This document shows, in pieces, positions 1 to 11,505 of a stretch of 31,979 nt of DNA. The DNA comes from Candidatus Nanopelagicales bacterium. Its GTDB lineage: Bacteria > Actinomycetota > Actinomycetes > S36-B12. The notes beneath the pieces were generated by a model. That model saw nothing but the letters and a program-made list of their open reading frames with translations, did no database searches and was not told the DNA's origin. The stretch lies in the NCBI GenBank assembly GCA_018399515.1, contig JAGYOB010000071.1, forward strand, positions 1 to 31,979. The letters run 5' to 3'. The translations under genes were made by a program, and so were the position numbers. Within the stretch, counting starts at the first letter, position 1. Every line of letters begins with the position of its first letter.

Positions 1-1
1 C

Positions 2-2902
2 ACACCGGCGCACTGCCGTCAGGTCGTCCTGCCCTTCCCGGTCATCGACAATGACGAACTCGCCAAGATCTTGCACATCAACGCCGATGGCGATCTACCG
101 GGCTTCTCCGCCGCGAAGGTCTCCGGGCTGTACGACGTCGATGGCGGGGGCGCTGCCCTGAGGACCCGGCTCGAGGAGATCTTCGCCGACGTCGATCGAC
201 TCATCGAGGACGGCGCACGATTCATCGTGTTGTCGGACCGGGACAGTACGGCAGATCTGGCGCCCATCCCGTCCCTGCTGCTGTGCTCTGCGGTCCACCA
301 TCATCTGGTTCGGAATAAAACGCGTACCCAGGTCGGCCTGATCATCGAGGCCGGCGATGTCCGCGAGGTGCACCATGTGGCGCTTCTGGTCGGTTTCGGT
401 GCCGCGGCGATCAACCCCTATCTGGCGATGGAGACCGTCGAGGATCTCGTCGCCCGCGGAGCGATCACCGATGTGCCGTCGGATAAGGCGGTGCGCAATC
501 TCGTCAAGGCGCTGGGCAAGGGATTGCTGAAGGTCATGTCCAAGATGGGGGTGTCGACTGTCGGTTCGTACTGCGGAGCCCAGATATTCGAAGCGATCGG
601 GCTATCCCACGAGCTCGTCGAGCGGTACTTCACGGGCACGACATCGCGCCTGGGTGGCGTTGGGCTCGATGTCATCGCCGATGAGGTGGCTGCTCGGCAT
701 CGCAGCGCCTATCCCGCATCCGGGATCTCCCCGGCTCACCGCCGACTCGAGGTCGGTGGCGAGTATCAGTGGCGCCGCGAAGGCGAACCGCATCTGTTCG
801 ATCCCGAAACCGTGTTCCGGTTGCAGCACTCCACGCGGACGGGACAGTTCGACATCTTCCGCGAATACACCGACGAGGTCGATGACCAGTCGGCCCGCCT
901 GATGACCCTGCGCGGCCTGTTCTCGCTCAAGGAAGGGGCGCGCGATCCGATTCCGCTGGAGGAGGTCGAACCGGTCAGCGAGATCGTCAAGCGCTTCGCC
1001 ACCGGCGCGATGTCCTATGGCTCGATCTCGGCAGAGGCCCACGAGACACTCGCGATCGCGATGAACCGCCTCGGCGGCAAGTCCAATACCGGCGAGGGAG
1101 GCGAGGATGCCGAACGATTCACGCCGATGGCCAATGGTGATTCCAAGCGCTCCGCGATCAAGCAGGTTGCCTCCGGCCGATTCGGAGTGACCAGCGAGTA
1201 CCTCGTCAACAGCGATGACATCCAGATCAAGATGGCTCAGGGAGCCAAGCCCGGTGAAGGTGGGCAGTTACCGGGGCACAAGGTGTACCCCTGGATCGCG
1301 AAGACGCGTCATTCGACCCCGGGAGTGGGGCTCATCTCGCCACCGCCGCATCACGATATCTACTCGATCGAGGATCTCGCGCAGCTCATCCACGATCTGA
1401 AGAACGCCAATTCCTCGGCACGGATTCACGTCAAACTGGTCTCCGAGGTGGGTGTCGGCACGGTCGCAGCGGGGGTATCGAAGGCCCACGCGGATGTCGT
1501 GTTGATCTCCGGCCACGATGGAGGCACGGGCGCCTCCCCGTTGACGTCGTTGAAGCACGCGGGCGCGCCATGGGAACTTGGATTGGCCGAGACACAGCAG
1601 ACACTGCTGCTCAACGGATTACGTGACCGCATCGTCGTGCAGGTCGACGGTCAGCTGAAGACCGGCCGGGATGTCGTCATCGCAGCACTGCTGGGCGCCG
1701 AGGAGTTCGGCTTCTCGACGGCTCCGCTGGTGGTGATGGGTTGCATCATGATGCGCGTGTGCCATCTGGACACCTGCCCCGTTGGTGTCGCCACTCAGAA
1801 CCCGGTGCTGCGTGAGCGGTTCACCGGCCAGCCCGAATTCGTTGTGACGTTCTTCGAGTTCATTGCTGAGCAGGTGCGCGAGTACCTGGCAGCGCTGGGC
1901 TTCAAGACTCTGGATGAAGCGATCGGTCACGCGGAGCTCATCGATACCACTCAGGCGGTCGACCACTACAAGGCCCGCGGATTGGATCTGTCTCCGATCC
2001 TTTACGTACCGCGAGTGGACGAGGACGCGGCCCGCCGATGCATTACGGCCCAGGACCATGGGTTGGAACAGGCTCTCGACATGGAACTCATCGAGATGTG
2101 CGAGCCGGCACTGGAACGCGGTGAACCGGTGCGGGCCGCTGTCGGGATCCGCAACGTCAATCGGACAGTCGGCACGATGCTGGGGTCGCAGCTCACCCGT
2201 CGCTACGGTGGGCAGGGCTTGCCCGATGACACGATCGATATCACGTTCACGGGTTCGGCCGGGCAGTCCTTCGGCGCATTCGTGCCCCGGGGAATCACAC
2301 TTCGGTTGGAGGGCGATGCCAACGATTACGTCGGCAAAGGCCTCTCGGGCGGACGGATCATCATCCGCCCCGACCGGGGAGCCGCGTTCGCTGCCGAAGA
2401 GCACATCATCGCCGGCAACGTGATCTGCTACGGAGCGACCTCGGGCGAGGTTTTCCTGCGCGGACGGGTCGGCGAACGCTTCTGCGTTCGCAACTCCGGT
2501 GTGACCGCTGTCGTCGAAGGTATCGGTGATCACGGGTGCGAGTACATGACCGGAGGCAACGTCGTCGTCCTGGGCGAGATCGGCCGGAACTTCGCCGCCG
2601 GGATGTCCGGTGGAGTCGCCTACCTGCTCGATGCAGCAGTGCATCGCATCAATACCGAGATGGTGGATGTGGAATCAGTCGATGATGACGATGCGGCGCA
2701 ATTGCAGCACCTGCTGACCCGGCACCTCGAGGAGACCGGCTCTCCCGTGGCAGCGGCGCTGTTGGATGACTGGGTGGTGGCTCGCCATCGATTCAGCAAG
2801 GTCATGCCGCGTGATTACCGTCGCGCTCTCGAGGCCCTTCGCCGTGCTGAGGACGAAGGCACCGATCCCGCCGTCGCAGTAATGGAGGCTTCCCGTGCCT
2901 GA
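2..2902 (+). CDS. gltB: Glutamate synthase large subunit (5'-truncated by window edge)
   Basis: Frame is open from position 2 ([30 protein letters not shown]...), so the ORF-track start at 71 is not the real start. FMN-domain motifs [47 protein letters not shown]; 3Fe-4S motif [12 protein letters not shown]; C-terminal GXGXG repeats. Confidence 0.97.
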   Translation, partial: TPAHCRQVVLPFPVIDNDELAKILHINADGDLPGFSAAKVSGLYDVDGGGAALRTRLEEIFADVDRLIEDGARFIVLSDRDSTADLAPIPSLLLCSAVHHHLVRNKTRTQVGLIIEAGDVREVHHVALLVGFGAAAINPYLAMETVEDLVARGAITDVPSDKAVRNLVKALGKGLLKVMSKMGVSTVGSYCGAQIFEAIGLSHELVERYFTGTTSRLGGVGLDVIADEVAARHRSAYPASGISPAHRRLEVGGEYQWRREGEPHLFDPETVFRLQHSTRTGQFDIFREYTDEVDDQSARLMTLRGLFSLKEGARDPIPLEEVEPVSEIVKRFATGAMSYGSISAEAHETLAIAMNRLGGKSNTGEGGEDAERFTPMANGDSKRSAIKQVASGRFGVTSEYLVNSDDIQIKMAQGAKPGEGGQLPGHKVYPWIAKTRHSTPGVGLISPPPHHDIYSIEDLAQLIHDLKNANSSARIHVKLVSEVGVGTVAAGVSKAHADVVLISGHDGGTGASPLTSLKHAGAPWELGLAETQQTLLLNGLRDRIVVQVDGQLKTGRDVVIAALLGAEEFGFSTAPLVVMGCIMMRVCHLDTCPVGVATQNPVLRERFTGQPEFVVTFFEFIAEQVREYLAALGFKTLDEAIGHAELIDTTQAVDHYKARGLDLSPILYVPRVDEDAARRCITAQDHGLEQALDMELIEMCEPALERGEPVRAAVGIRNVNRTVGTMLGSQLTRRYGGQGLPDDTIDITFTGSAGQSFGAFVPRGITLRLEGDANDYVGKGLSGGRIIIRPDRGAAFAAEEHIIAGNVICYGATSGEVFLRGRVGERFCVRNSGVTAVVEGIGDHGCEYMTGGNVVVLGEIGRNFAAGMSGGVAYLLDAAVHRINTEMVDVESVDDDDAAQLQHLLTRHLEETGSPVAAALLDDWVVARHRFSKVMPRDYRRALEALRRAEDEGTDPAVAVMEASRA

Positions 2903-4346
2903 TCCCCGAGGGTTTTTGAAGGCCGATCGCGAATTGCCCGTCCGTCGCCCCGTCGATATCCGGATCCGCGATTGGCGCGAGGTTTACGAGGACATGGGTG
3001 AGGACCGACTCCGCACACAGGCGGGTCGCTGTATGGACTGCGGTATTCCGTTCTGTCACAACGGCTGCCCGCTTGGCAACCTGATCCCTGAATGGAATGA
3101 CCTGGTCTGGCAGGGTGACTGGGAAGGGGCGATGGAACGGCTCCACGCCACCAACAATTTTCCGGAGTTCACGGGCAGGTTGTGCCCGGCACCGTGCGAG
3201 ACCGCGTGTGTCCTGGGAATCAACGCGAACCCGGTCACCATCAAGCAGGTCGAGGTGTCGATCATCGATCGGGCATGGGAATCAGGGTGGGTGACCCCGC
3301 AGCCGCCGAGTCGGTTGTCCGGCAAGTCGGTTGCCGTCATCGGCTCTGGGCCTGCCGGTCTCGCGGCAGCACAGCAACTCGCCCGTGCGGGGCACACGGT
3401 CGTCGTGTACGAACGCGCCGATCGGATCGGTGGGTTGCTCCGGTACGGCATCCCCGAGTTCAAGATGGAGAAGCACCACCTCGATCGCCGGCTCGAGCAG
3501 ATGGTGGCCGAGGGCGTTCGGTTCCGGGCGGGAGTCGAGGTCGGTGTCGACATCACCGTCGATGCCTTGCGCAGGCGTTATGACTCCGTCGTCCTCGCTG
3601 TCGGCGCCACACAGTGGCGTGATCTGCCGATTCCGGGCAGGGATCTCGAGGGCGTGTACCAGGCGATGGAATACCTCCCCGGTGCCAACCGCGTGCTGGA
3701 GGGCGATCTCGAGGTTGCGCCGATCGATGTCGCCGATGCCCACGTGGTGATCATCGGCGGAGGTGACACCGGTGCGGATTGTCTGGGCACGGCTCATCGG
3801 CAGGGGGCAGCTTCGGTCACACAGCTGGAGATCATGCCGACGCCTCCAGAGGATCGCCCCGGCTCGCAGCCATGGCCGACGTATCCGATGGTGTACCGAA
3901 CCTCGAGCGCTCATGAGGAAGGCGGCGATCGGGTGTTCTCGGTGTCCACCACGGAATTCGTCGGTGAAGGGGGACGACTGCGGGGTTTGCGGATCATCGA
4001 GGTGCAGATGCGCGACGGTCGTTTCGAGCCGGTCGCGGGAACCGAGCAGGAACTCCCAGCCGATTATGTGTTCCTCGCCATGGGATTCACCGGGCCGGAA
4101 CGCTCGCCCATGGTCGAGCAGTTCGATCTTGCCCTCGATGAACGGGGTGCGATCGAGCGTTCTGCGGATTACGCCACCGGGCTCGACGGTGTCTTCGTCG
4201 CCGGGGATGCCGGACGCGGGCAGTCGTTGATCGTCTGGGCGATTGCCGAGGGTCGAGCCGCGGCCGCCTCAGTGGATCGATATCTCAGCGGTGAATCCAA
4301 CCTGCCGTTCCCGATCTCTGCCACTGCTCGTCCGCTGACGGTCTAG
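2895..4346 (+). CDS. gltD: Glutamate synthase small (NAD(P)H) subunit, 483 aa
   Basis: [15 protein letters not shown] and [12 protein letters not shown] Fe-S motifs; IGSGPAG and IGGGDTG dinucleotide-binding motifs. GTG start overlaps the gltB end, with GGAGG upstream. Confidence 0.96.
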   Translation: MPDPRGFLKADRELPVRRPVDIRIRDWREVYEDMGEDRLRTQAGRCMDCGIPFCHNGCPLGNLIPEWNDLVWQGDWEGAMERLHATNNFPEFTGRLCPAPCETACVLGINANPVTIKQVEVSIIDRAWESGWVTPQPPSRLSGKSVAVIGSGPAGLAAAQQLARAGHTVVVYERADRIGGLLRYGIPEFKMEKHHLDRRLEQMVAEGVRFRAGVEVGVDITVDALRRRYDSVVLAVGATQWRDLPIPGRDLEGVYQAMEYLPGANRVLEGDLEVAPIDVADAHVVIIGGGDTGADCLGTAHRQGAASVTQLEIMPTPPEDRPGSQPWPTYPMVYRTSSAHEEGGDRVFSVSTTEFVGEGGRLRGLRIIEVQMRDGRFEPVAGTEQELPADYVFLAMGFTGPERSPMVEQFDLALDERGAIERSADYATGLDGVFVAGDAGRGQSLIVWAIAEGRAAAASVDRYLSGESNLPFPISATARPLTV

Positions 4347-4353
4347 GTGCCCG

Positions 4354-5799
4354 ATGGCGACAGCGCAGCGGCGCGCCAAGATCGTGGCGACACTCGGACC
4401 GGCATGCCGTGAGTACGAGGAGGTCCGCGATCTCATCAGCGCCGGCCTCGATGTCGCTCGACTCAACCTGTCCCACGGGGACCATGACGACCATGCGATC
4501 GCATATGCGCACGTCCGGAGGGCGAGTGACGAGCTCGGGCGCGGAGTCGGCGTCCTGATCGATCTGCAGGGACCGAAGATCCGCCTGGGCAGATTTTCCG
4601 GTGGATCGGTGTTGCTCGCCGAGGGGGATGATTTCACGATCACCACCGAGGAGGTCGAGGGATCGGCGCAAATCGCGTCGACGACCTACGCCGGGCTTGC
4701 CGGCGACACCTCACCCGGTGACCTCATTCTGATCGATGATGGGCGAGTGACCGTGCAGGTGACCGCTGTCGACGGTCCACAGGTGCGGACGGTCGTCATC
4801 GAGGGCGGGCGCGTGTCCGATCACAAGGGAATCAATCTCCCCGGTGTCGGGGTCAGCGTGCCTGCGCTCTCCGAGAAGGACATGGAGGATCTGCGCTGGG
4901 GATTGCATCTGGGTGCGGATCTGGTGGCGTTGTCGTTCGTTCGCTCGGCTCGCGATATCGATGATGTGCACCGGATCATGGACGAGGAAGGAATCCGAGT
5001 TCCGGTACTCGCCAAGGTCGAGAAACCGCAGGCTGTCGATGACCTCGAGGGGATTGTCGCTGCATTCGATGGGATCATGGTGGCCCGCGGTGACCTGGGA
5101 GTCGAGCTTCCCCTCGAAGCCGTTCCACTGGTACAGAAAGAAGCCGTTGCGCTGTGCCGAGCGGCAGCTAAGCCGGTGATCGTGGCCACTCAAATGCTCG
5201 AGTCGATGATCACGGCCAGCAGGCCGACTCGGGCGGAAGCCAGTGATGTGGCCAACGCGGTACTCGACGGTGCTGATGCACTCATGCTGTCGGGGGAGAC
5301 GAGTGTCGGTCAGCATCCGGTCGGGGCCGTGGCGACCATGGCGCGAATCATCGAACACGTCGAGGCCCGTGCTCTGCACCGACTCGCCGCGTTCCCCTCC
5401 GATTCGGCTGGTTCCACAGCAAAGGCGCTGACGCGTGCGGCCGTCGACGTCGCATCATCGGTCGGAGCGACCCATCTGATCGCCTTCACCGAAACAGGTC
5501 TGTCAGCTCGGTTGATCGCGCGATGGCGTTCGGCAACTCCGCTCTTGGCCTTCACTCCAGATCCTCGCGTGCGCAGTCAGCTCGCGTTGACCTGGGGCGT
5601 TGAGACGTTCCTCGTGCCACCCGCGCTGCACACCGATGGCATGGTGGTTCAAGTTGATCAGGCTCTGCTGGATATCGAGCGGGCATCGATCGGTGAACGC
5701 GTTGTCATCGTCGCTGGGGTCCCGCCCGGCACACCGGGAACGACCAACGGCATGCGGGTGCATCGCATCGGAAGCGCCGGGCCCGGTCGCGGCGTATGA
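4354..5799 (+). CDS. pyk: Pyruvate kinase, 481 aa
   Basis: RRAKIVATLGPA, ARLNLSHG, DLQGPKIR, MVARGDLGVE, ATQMLESM, MLSGETSVG. Confidence 0.97.
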   Translation: MATAQRRAKIVATLGPACREYEEVRDLISAGLDVARLNLSHGDHDDHAIAYAHVRRASDELGRGVGVLIDLQGPKIRLGRFSGGSVLLAEGDDFTITTEEVEGSAQIASTTYAGLAGDTSPGDLILIDDGRVTVQVTAVDGPQVRTVVIEGGRVSDHKGINLPGVGVSVPALSEKDMEDLRWGLHLGADLVALSFVRSARDIDDVHRIMDEEGIRVPVLAKVEKPQAVDDLEGIVAAFDGIMVARGDLGVELPLEAVPLVQKEAVALCRAAAKPVIVATQMLESMITASRPTRAEASDVANAVLDGADALMLSGETSVGQHPVGAVATMARIIEHVEARALHRLAAFPSDSAGSTAKALTRAAVDVASSVGATHLIAFTETGLSARLIARWRSATPLLAFTPDPRVRSQLALTWGVETFLVPPALHTDGMVVQVDQALLDIERASIGERVVIVAGVPPGTPGTTNGMRVHRIGSAGPGRGV

Positions 5800-5824
5800 C
5801 GTCGTCGTTATTGAATGTGCGGCG

Positions 5825-6919
5825 ATGACCGGATCAGATCGACACGCATGGGCCGAACCGGGGGCCTTCGCTGTGGCGGAGGGCGTCTTCCGGATTCCGC
5901 TACCGCTGCCCACTGATGGGCTTCGTGCTGTCAATGTTTACGCCTTAGCGCATGATGACGGTCTGGCGCTGATCGATGCGGGTTGGGCGCTCGACGTCAG
6001 CCAGCGGGTTCTCGTCGACTCGCTGGCCACAATCGGATACGAGCTCGGGGACATCACGCGATTTCTCGTGACACATGCCCATCGAGATCACTACACCCAG
6101 GCCCACGCCATTCGCCGCGAATTAGCGGATGCCGGTCGCGTCGATCTCCCACGCATCGCCGTTGGTTGGGATGAGCGGGATTCGATCCGTTCGATCGCTG
6201 ATCGCGCCGAGAACCCCAGCGATGCTCGTGCGTATCCGCAGGTCGCTTTGCTGCGTCGCGCGGGCGACCCCTGGGCCGCGGATGCTCTGGAATCGATCGA
6301 TCCCGAAGGGCTTCGCGCACCGGATTGGGCGGACCCTGATGACTGGTTGCGCCATGGTGATCGAGTTGTCGTGGGAACGCGATCCCTCGAGGTGATTGCG
6401 ACTCCTGGGCACACCCGAGGCCACGTCGTGTTCGCTGATGACGAGAACGGATTGCTCTTCGCCGGCGATCATGTGCTGCCGCACATCACTCCCTCGATCG
6501 GTTATGAGGAGGTGCTTGCACCGTCTCCGCTCGGGTCCTACCTGCAGTCCCTGGATCTCGTTCGATCCCGACCGGATGCCCACCTCCTGCCTGCGCACGG
6601 GCCGGCGGGGACTGCGGTGCACTCTCGGGTCGATGAACTCCTCGACCATCACTCAGCCCGGCTCGATGCCAGCGTGGCGGCCGTGGCCGCCGGCGCGCAG
6701 ACAGCCCGCGAGGTGGCCCAGCGGCTGCGGTGGACCAGGCGCGAAACACCCTTGGGTGAACTCGACGGGTTCAACCAGATGATGGCTGTTCTCGAGACCT
6801 GGGCGCATCTGGTGGTTCTCGTCGAGCGGGGAGTCCTCCAAGCCCACTCCGAAGGGGGAGTCGAACGATTCAGCATCCCAACGGCTGCGATAGGGTCGCA
6901 ACAGGTCGACCGGACCTGA
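5825..6919 (+). CDS. Metallo-beta-lactamase-fold hydrolase with probable C-terminal winged-helix domain, about 364 aa; substrate unknown
   Basis: THAHRDH (HxHxDH), [11 protein letters not shown] and PAHG metal-binding motifs. The ATG at 5825 is the first in-frame ATG after the pyk stop; the longer ORF-track start lies inside pyk. Confidence 0.85.
   Translation: MTGSDRHAWAEPGAFAVAEGVFRIPLPLPTDGLRAVNVYALAHDDGLALIDAGWALDVSQRVLVDSLATIGYELGDITRFLVTHAHRDHYTQAHAIRRELADAGRVDLPRIAVGWDERDSIRSIADRAENPSDARAYPQVALLRRAGDPWAADALESIDPEGLRAPDWADPDDWLRHGDRVVVGTRSLEVIATPGHTRGHVVFADDENGLLFAGDHVLPHITPSIGYEEVLAPSPLGSYLQSLDLVRSRPDAHLLPAHGPAGTAVHSRVDELLDHHSARLDASVAAVAAGAQTAREVAQRLRWTRRETPLGELDGFNQMMAVLETWAHLVVLVERGVLQAHSEGGVERFSIPTAAIGSQQVDRT
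6891..6896 (+). promoter_or_regulatory. Candidate -10 element (TAGGGT) for the pyr operon, inside the 3' end of the MBL gene
   Basis: TANNNT hexamer about 30 nt upstream of the PyrR-binding RNA; TTCAGC lies 16 nt upstream (6869-6874). Sequence pattern only. Confidence 0.35.
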
Positions 6920-6924
6920 TGCCA

Positions 6925-6967
6925 GACGTCCTTTAACAGCCCGTCCCGAGAGGCGGGGAAGGAGGTC
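6925..6967 (+). promoter_or_regulatory. PyrR-binding RNA loop (pyr leader) overlapping the pyrR Shine-Dalgarno sequence
   Basis: CTTTAA (6931-6936) precedes GTCCCGAGAGG (6943-6953), matching the PyrR consensus UCCNGNGAGG. CCCG 6940-6943 pairs with CGGG 6954-6957. GACGTCCTT 6925-6933 pairs with AAGGAGGTC 6959-6967 (1 mismatch), which contains the SD 8-10 nt before the pyrR ATG. Confidence 0.9.
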
Positions 6968-6974
6968 GCAGTCG

Positions 6975-7517
6975 ATGACCGCTGCGCGGATTCTCGATGC
7001 TGACGATGTAGGGCGCGTCATCGGACGCATCGCCCATGAGATCCTCGAGAAGTCCCGAGGAGCCTCCGATGTCATCCTGCTGGGGATTCCCAGTCGCGGC
7101 GTACCGCTGGCACGGCGGATCGCCGATCGCATGACCTCCATCGAAGGCCACGTCGTCCCGGTTGGCTCATTGGACGTCACGATGTACCGCGACGACATCG
7201 GCCTGCGCGGCCCTCGACCGCTGTCGAGAACCGACATCCCGGCCGAAGGAATCGACGACGCGATCGTCGTCCTCGTCGATGACGTGCTGTTCAGCGGTCG
7301 CACGGTGAGGGCGGCGTTGGATGCGGTCAACGACATCGGTCGGCCGCGCGCAGTCCGGTTGGCGGTTCTGGTCGATCGAGGCCACCGCGAACTGCCCATC
7401 CGAGCCGATCACGTGGGCAAGAACCTGCCGACTTCACTGGCAGAGTCGGTGCAGGTGCATCTGGTGGAAACCGATGGCGTCGATGAGGTCCTCCTCGGCT
7501 CCCAGGGGCGATCATGA
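6975..7517 (+). CDS. pyrR: Bifunctional pyr operon regulator / uracil phosphoribosyltransferase PyrR, 180 aa
   Basis: [53 protein letters not shown]. Confidence 0.96.
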   Translation: MTAARILDADDVGRVIGRIAHEILEKSRGASDVILLGIPSRGVPLARRIADRMTSIEGHVVPVGSLDVTMYRDDIGLRGPRPLSRTDIPAEGIDDAIVVLVDDVLFSGRTVRAALDAVNDIGRPRAVRLAVLVDRGHRELPIRADHVGKNLPTSLAESVQVHLVETDGVDEVLLGSQGRS

Positions 7518-8452
7518 AGCACCTGCTCAGCGCTTCGGATCTCACCCGAGACGATGCGGTCTCGCTTCTCGATACGGCCGCGGAGTTGGCGAGTGTCACC
7601 GATCGGGCGGTGAAGAAACTGCCAACCCTGCGTGGGCGTACGGTGGCGAACCTGTTCTTCGAGGATTCCACCCGCACCCGGTTGTCCTTCGAAGCCGCGG
7701 CCAAGCGCCTGTCTGCCGATGTGATCACCTTCACCGCCAAGGGGTCGAGTGTGTCCAAAGGCGAGACCTTGAAGGACACCGCACTCACGCTCGAGGCGAT
7801 GGGCGCCCAGGTGATCGTGCTGCGCCACCATGCATCCGGTGCCGCCCAGCGCTTGGCGCAATCGGGATGGATTGAGGCGAGTGTGATCAACGCCGGTGAC
7901 GGCACGCATGAGCACCCGACGCAGGCGCTTCTGGACGCCTACACCCTGCGTCAGCACCTGCGCGAAGGAGCGGGTGACCTCGAAGGGTTGAGCGTGGTCA
8001 TCGTCGGGGACATCCTGCACAGCCGGGTTGCTCGATCCAACGTTGCCCTTCTCACCACACTGGGTGCGCGGGTGACACTCGTCGCCCCGCCGACTCTCGT
8101 TCCGGTGGGAGTCCAGACGTGGCCATGCGAGGTCTCGTTCGATCTGGACGAGGCGCTGGTCGGTGCTGATGCGGTCATGATGCTGCGCGTTCAGACGGAG
8201 CGGATGACCGCCGCATACTTCCCGTCGGTGCATGAATACTCCCGGCGCTATGGCCTCGATTCTGCACGTGCAGCACGAATGCCTGACCACGCGGTCGTGT
8301 TGCACCCAGGGCCGATGAATCGTGGCATGGAGATCACCGCCGAGGTCGCTGACGGTCCCCGTGCGCTCATCGTCGACCAGGTTGCGAATGGTGTGAGCGT
8401 CCGCATGGCCGTGCTCTACCACGTGCTGTCGTCTCAGGAAGGTGCGCCATGA
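7514..8452 (+). CDS. pyrB: Aspartate carbamoyltransferase catalytic subunit, 312 aa
   Basis: [57 protein letters not shown]. Confidence 0.97.
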   Translation: MKHLLSASDLTRDDAVSLLDTAAELASVTDRAVKKLPTLRGRTVANLFFEDSTRTRLSFEAAAKRLSADVITFTAKGSSVSKGETLKDTALTLEAMGAQVIVLRHHASGAAQRLAQSGWIEASVINAGDGTHEHPTQALLDAYTLRQHLREGAGDLEGLSVVIVGDILHSRVARSNVALLTTLGARVTLVAPPTLVPVGVQTWPCEVSFDLDEALVGADAVMMLRVQTERMTAAYFPSVHEYSRRYGLDSARAARMPDHAVVLHPGPMNRGMEITAEVADGPRALIVDQVANGVSVRMAVLYHVLSSQEGAP

Positions 8453-9789
8453 GTGGACTAGCCAACGAACCAGCGGTCGATCGTGCAGGGGAGCGTGAGA
8501 TCGTTCTCCGCGATATTCGACTCATGGGTGACAGGCAGGCTGTCGACATCCGGTTCGCGGACGGGCGCATCGCGGCCATCGGTGCGACTGCGGTCGCCGA
8601 GGCCGACCCCCAAGCGCAGATCCTCGACGTGGCTGGTCGAATCGGTCTGCCCGGCCTGGTCGATCTGCATACTCACCTGCGCGAACCAGGTCGCGAGGAT
8701 GCTGAAACGATCGAGACCGGCTGCCAGGCTGCAGCCCTGGGCGGCTACACCGCTGTCCATGCCATGGCGAATACCCAGCCTGTCGCCGACACCGCTGGTG
8801 TGGTCGAGCAGGTGTGGCGGCGCGGGCGTGAGGTGGGTCTGTGCGATGTCATTCCGGTGGGTGCGGTCACCATCGGACTGTCCGGTGAACGCCTAGCCGA
8901 ACTGGCGGCGATGGCCGAATCGGCAGCACGGGTCCGGGTCTTCAGTGACGATGGAATCTGCGTCAGCGACCCACTCCTCATGCGCCGTGCGCTTGAGTAC
9001 GTCAAGGCTTTCGACGGGGTCATCGCCCAGCATGCACAGGAACCGCGCTTGACCGTCGAGGCGCAGATGAACGAGGGGGCTCTCAGTGGCGAACTAGGTC
9101 TCACCGGGTGGCCTGCGGTCGCCGAGGAGGCCATTATCGCCCGTGATGTTCTGCTCGCCGAACATGTCCGATCGCGCCTTCACGTGTGCCACCTGTCGAC
9201 GCGTGGATCGGTGGAGGTCGTTCGATGGGCCAAGGCTCGCGGCATCGACGTGACAGCCGAGGTTACTCCGCATCATCTGATGTTGACCGAGGAACTCGCA
9301 CGCAGTTACGACCCGCTGTACAAGGTGAACCCGCCGTTGCGGACAGTTGATGATGTTCATGCGGTTCGAGAGGGACTCGCTGACGGGACGATCGATATCG
9401 TCGCTACCGATCACGCACCCCACGCCCATGAGGACAAGGACTGCGAGTGGGGAGCGGGTGCGTTCGGAATGCTCGGTCTGCAAACTGCCATCGGCGTCGT
9501 GGCCGCAACGATGGTCGAGCCGGGACATCTCACGTGGGCCGATGTTGCTCAGCGAATGTCGGTCGTGCCGGCACGCATCGGTCGCGTCGAGGGGCAGGGC
9601 CGACCGCTCGCGGTCGGCGAACCGGCCAACATGGTGATCATCGACCCGGATGCGCCGTGGCTGGTCTCTGCCGATCAGATGGCCTCCCGCAGCCAGAACA
9701 CGCCATTCGTGGAGCACACCCTGCCAGCGTCGGTGTGGGCGACGTTCCTGCGCGGGCGTCCCACCGTCTTGTCGGGGGCCCTGGTATGA
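8449..9789 (+). CDS. pyrC: Dihydroorotase (type I), 446 aa
   Basis: [44 protein letters not shown]. Confidence 0.95.
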   Translation: MSGLANEPAVDRAGEREIVLRDIRLMGDRQAVDIRFADGRIAAIGATAVAEADPQAQILDVAGRIGLPGLVDLHTHLREPGREDAETIETGCQAAALGGYTAVHAMANTQPVADTAGVVEQVWRRGREVGLCDVIPVGAVTIGLSGERLAELAAMAESAARVRVFSDDGICVSDPLLMRRALEYVKAFDGVIAQHAQEPRLTVEAQMNEGALSGELGLTGWPAVAEEAIIARDVLLAEHVRSRLHVCHLSTRGSVEVVRWAKARGIDVTAEVTPHHLMLTEELARSYDPLYKVNPPLRTVDDVHAVREGLADGTIDIVATDHAPHAHEDKDCEWGAGAFGMLGLQTAIGVVAATMVEPGHLTWADVAQRMSVVPARIGRVEGQGRPLAVGEPANMVIIDPDAPWLVSADQMASRSQNTPFVEHTLPASVWATFLRGRPTVLSGALV

Positions 9790-10373
9790 CCGGGATGCTG
9801 TTCGCCGCGGCCACCGCCCAATCCGCGCCGGTCACCAACTGGCCGATTCGGCTGCTGCTGGTCGCCCTCGTGCTCGCCGTGATCGCGCTGGTGCTGTGGG
9901 GGATGCGCAGAGGATGGCGCAACCGCCAGGAACGTCAGGGGCACCTGCCCGATCCGGCTGCGATTCCTGACAATGACGCCACCGACGCGGACCGGGTGAC
10001 CGGGGTGTATCTGGGATCGGTGACTGCTGGGAATTGGCTTGATCGTATCGCCGCCCACGGTTTGGGTACCCGAAGTCGTGTCGAGATCAGTGTCCGCCGT
10101 GATGGCATTGCGGTGCACCGCACGGGAGCTCGGTCGTTCTTCGTGCCCACCGCGGACATCGTGGCTGTCCGTCGCGAACGGGGGATCGCAGGCAAGGCCT
10201 TCGAGAAAGATGCCGTCGTGGTTCTCACCTGGATGCTCGGCGACACGGCCCTCGACACCGGAATCCGACCTGATCACGCAGACGACGGTGAGCGGCTCTC
10301 GGAGCAGGTTCTACGCATCACCCCCAACCAGGCCGATCAGTCCCGTGGGGGTCACTCGAGTGAGGATGAATGA
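9786..10373 (+). CDS. Conserved actinobacterial membrane protein between pyrC and carA (one N-terminal TM helix, PH-like soluble part), about 195 aa
   Basis: ATGA overlap with the pyrC stop. Hydrophobic [18 protein letters not shown] followed by RRGWRNR; [11 protein letters not shown] and LDTGIRP motifs; position matches the usual pyrC-X-carA arrangement. Confidence 0.75.
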   Translation: MTGMLFAAATAQSAPVTNWPIRLLLVALVLAVIALVLWGMRRGWRNRQERQGHLPDPAAIPDNDATDADRVTGVYLGSVTAGNWLDRIAAHGLGTRSRVEISVRRDGIAVHRTGARSFFVPTADIVAVRRERGIAGKAFEKDAVVVLTWMLGDTALDTGIRPDHADDGERLSEQVLRITPNQADQSRGGHSSEDE

Positions 10374-11505
10374 CGTGACCATCGATGACCACCAGCCCGC
10401 CGTGCTGATTCTGGAGGACGGGCGCACCTTCGTCGGACGCTCTTTCGCAGCGATCGGATCGACGACCGGTGAGGCGGTGTTCTCTACCGGGATGACCGGG
10501 TACCAGGAGACGCTGACTGATCCCAGTTATCGCGGTCAGGTCGTGGTGATGACAGCGCCCCACATCGGCAACACCGGAATGAACGACGAGGATGCCGAAT
10601 CACGTCGCATCTGGGTTGCCGGATACGTCGTGCGCGATCCTGCGCCGGCACCATCCAACTACCGGTCCGAACGCAGCCTCGAGCACGATCTCATCGAGGC
10701 GGGCGTGGTCGGGATCGCCGGAATCGATACGCGAGCCCTGACCCGCCACCTCCGCGATCGCGGGGCGATGCGGGTGGGCATTTTCTCCGGCGAGGCTGCG
10801 GATCGACCGCACGCTGATCTGCTGGCGCAGGTGCGCGCGGCGTCACCCATGCTGGGGGCTGATCTGACCGATCAGGTCACGATCTCGCAGGCCTACGACG
10901 TGCCCTCGATCGGACCGTCCCGCGGTGTGATCGCTGCGGTCGATCTCGGGATCAAGTCGATGACGCCGCAGAGGTTGAGCGAACGAGGTTTCAGCGTCCG
11001 CGTTGTTCCCGCCACCATCACGGCCGAGGAACTCCTCGAGGCCGGACCGGATGGCATCTTCTTCTCGAACGGGCCCGGGGACCCTGGCACCGCCGACCAC
11101 GTGGTGTCTCTCGTGCGGGCTGTGCTCACCGCCCGGCGCCCGCTCTTTGGAATCTGCTTCGGTCACCAGATGCTCGGTCGCGCCCTGGGGTTCTCGACCT
11201 ATAAACTCCGATTCGGGCACCGGGGCATCAATCAGCCGGTTCAAGATCGAGCGACCGATCGTGTCGCGATCACCGCGCACAACCATGGATTCGCCGTCGA
11301 TGCGCCGATCGGACAGGTTTCTGCGACTGGGTTCGGCAGGGTCGAGGTCAGCCATGTCTGCCTCAACGACGATGTCGTTGAGGGGTTGCGGTGCCTCGAT
11401 GTCCCGGCGTTCAGCGTGCAGTACCACCCGGAGGCCGCAGCGGGGCCTCATGACGCCGATCCGCTATTCGACGAATTCGCCGCACTGATCGAGGAGAACC
11501 GCTGA
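10366..11505 (+). CDS. carA: Carbamoyl-phosphate synthase small subunit, about 379 aa
   Basis: [42 protein letters not shown] (catalytic Cys), SVQYHPE. Start taken as ATG 10366; GTG 10375 is an alternative. Confidence 0.96.
   Translation: MNDVTIDDHQPAVLILEDGRTFVGRSFAAIGSTTGEAVFSTGMTGYQETLTDPSYRGQVVVMTAPHIGNTGMNDEDAESRRIWVAGYVVRDPAPAPSNYRSERSLEHDLIEAGVVGIAGIDTRALTRHLRDRGAMRVGIFSGEAADRPHADLLAQVRAASPMLGADLTDQVTISQAYDVPSIGPSRGVIAAVDLGIKSMTPQRLSERGFSVRVVPATITAEELLEAGPDGIFFSNGPGDPGTADHVVSLVRAVLTARRPLFGICFGHQMLGRALGFSTYKLRFGHRGINQPVQDRATDRVAITAHNHGFAVDAPIGQVSATGFGRVEVSHVCLNDDVVEGLRCLDVPAFSVQYHPEAAAGPHDADPLFDEFAALIEENR

Noticed and set aside
5600-5824. N-terminal extension of the MBL ORF overlapping pyk (also the ORF-track starts 9447, 10039, 15610, 18247, 21251, 24801, 26177, 26803, 30542)
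   Set aside because: These are longest-ORF artefacts. Homology begins later, at starts adjacent to the upstream stop or an SD.
5825-6919. Possible antibiotic-resistance beta-lactamase
   Set aside because: The MBL fold is shared by many hydrolases. There is no signal peptide, and the length and C-terminal extension fit cytoplasmic glyoxalase-II-like members.
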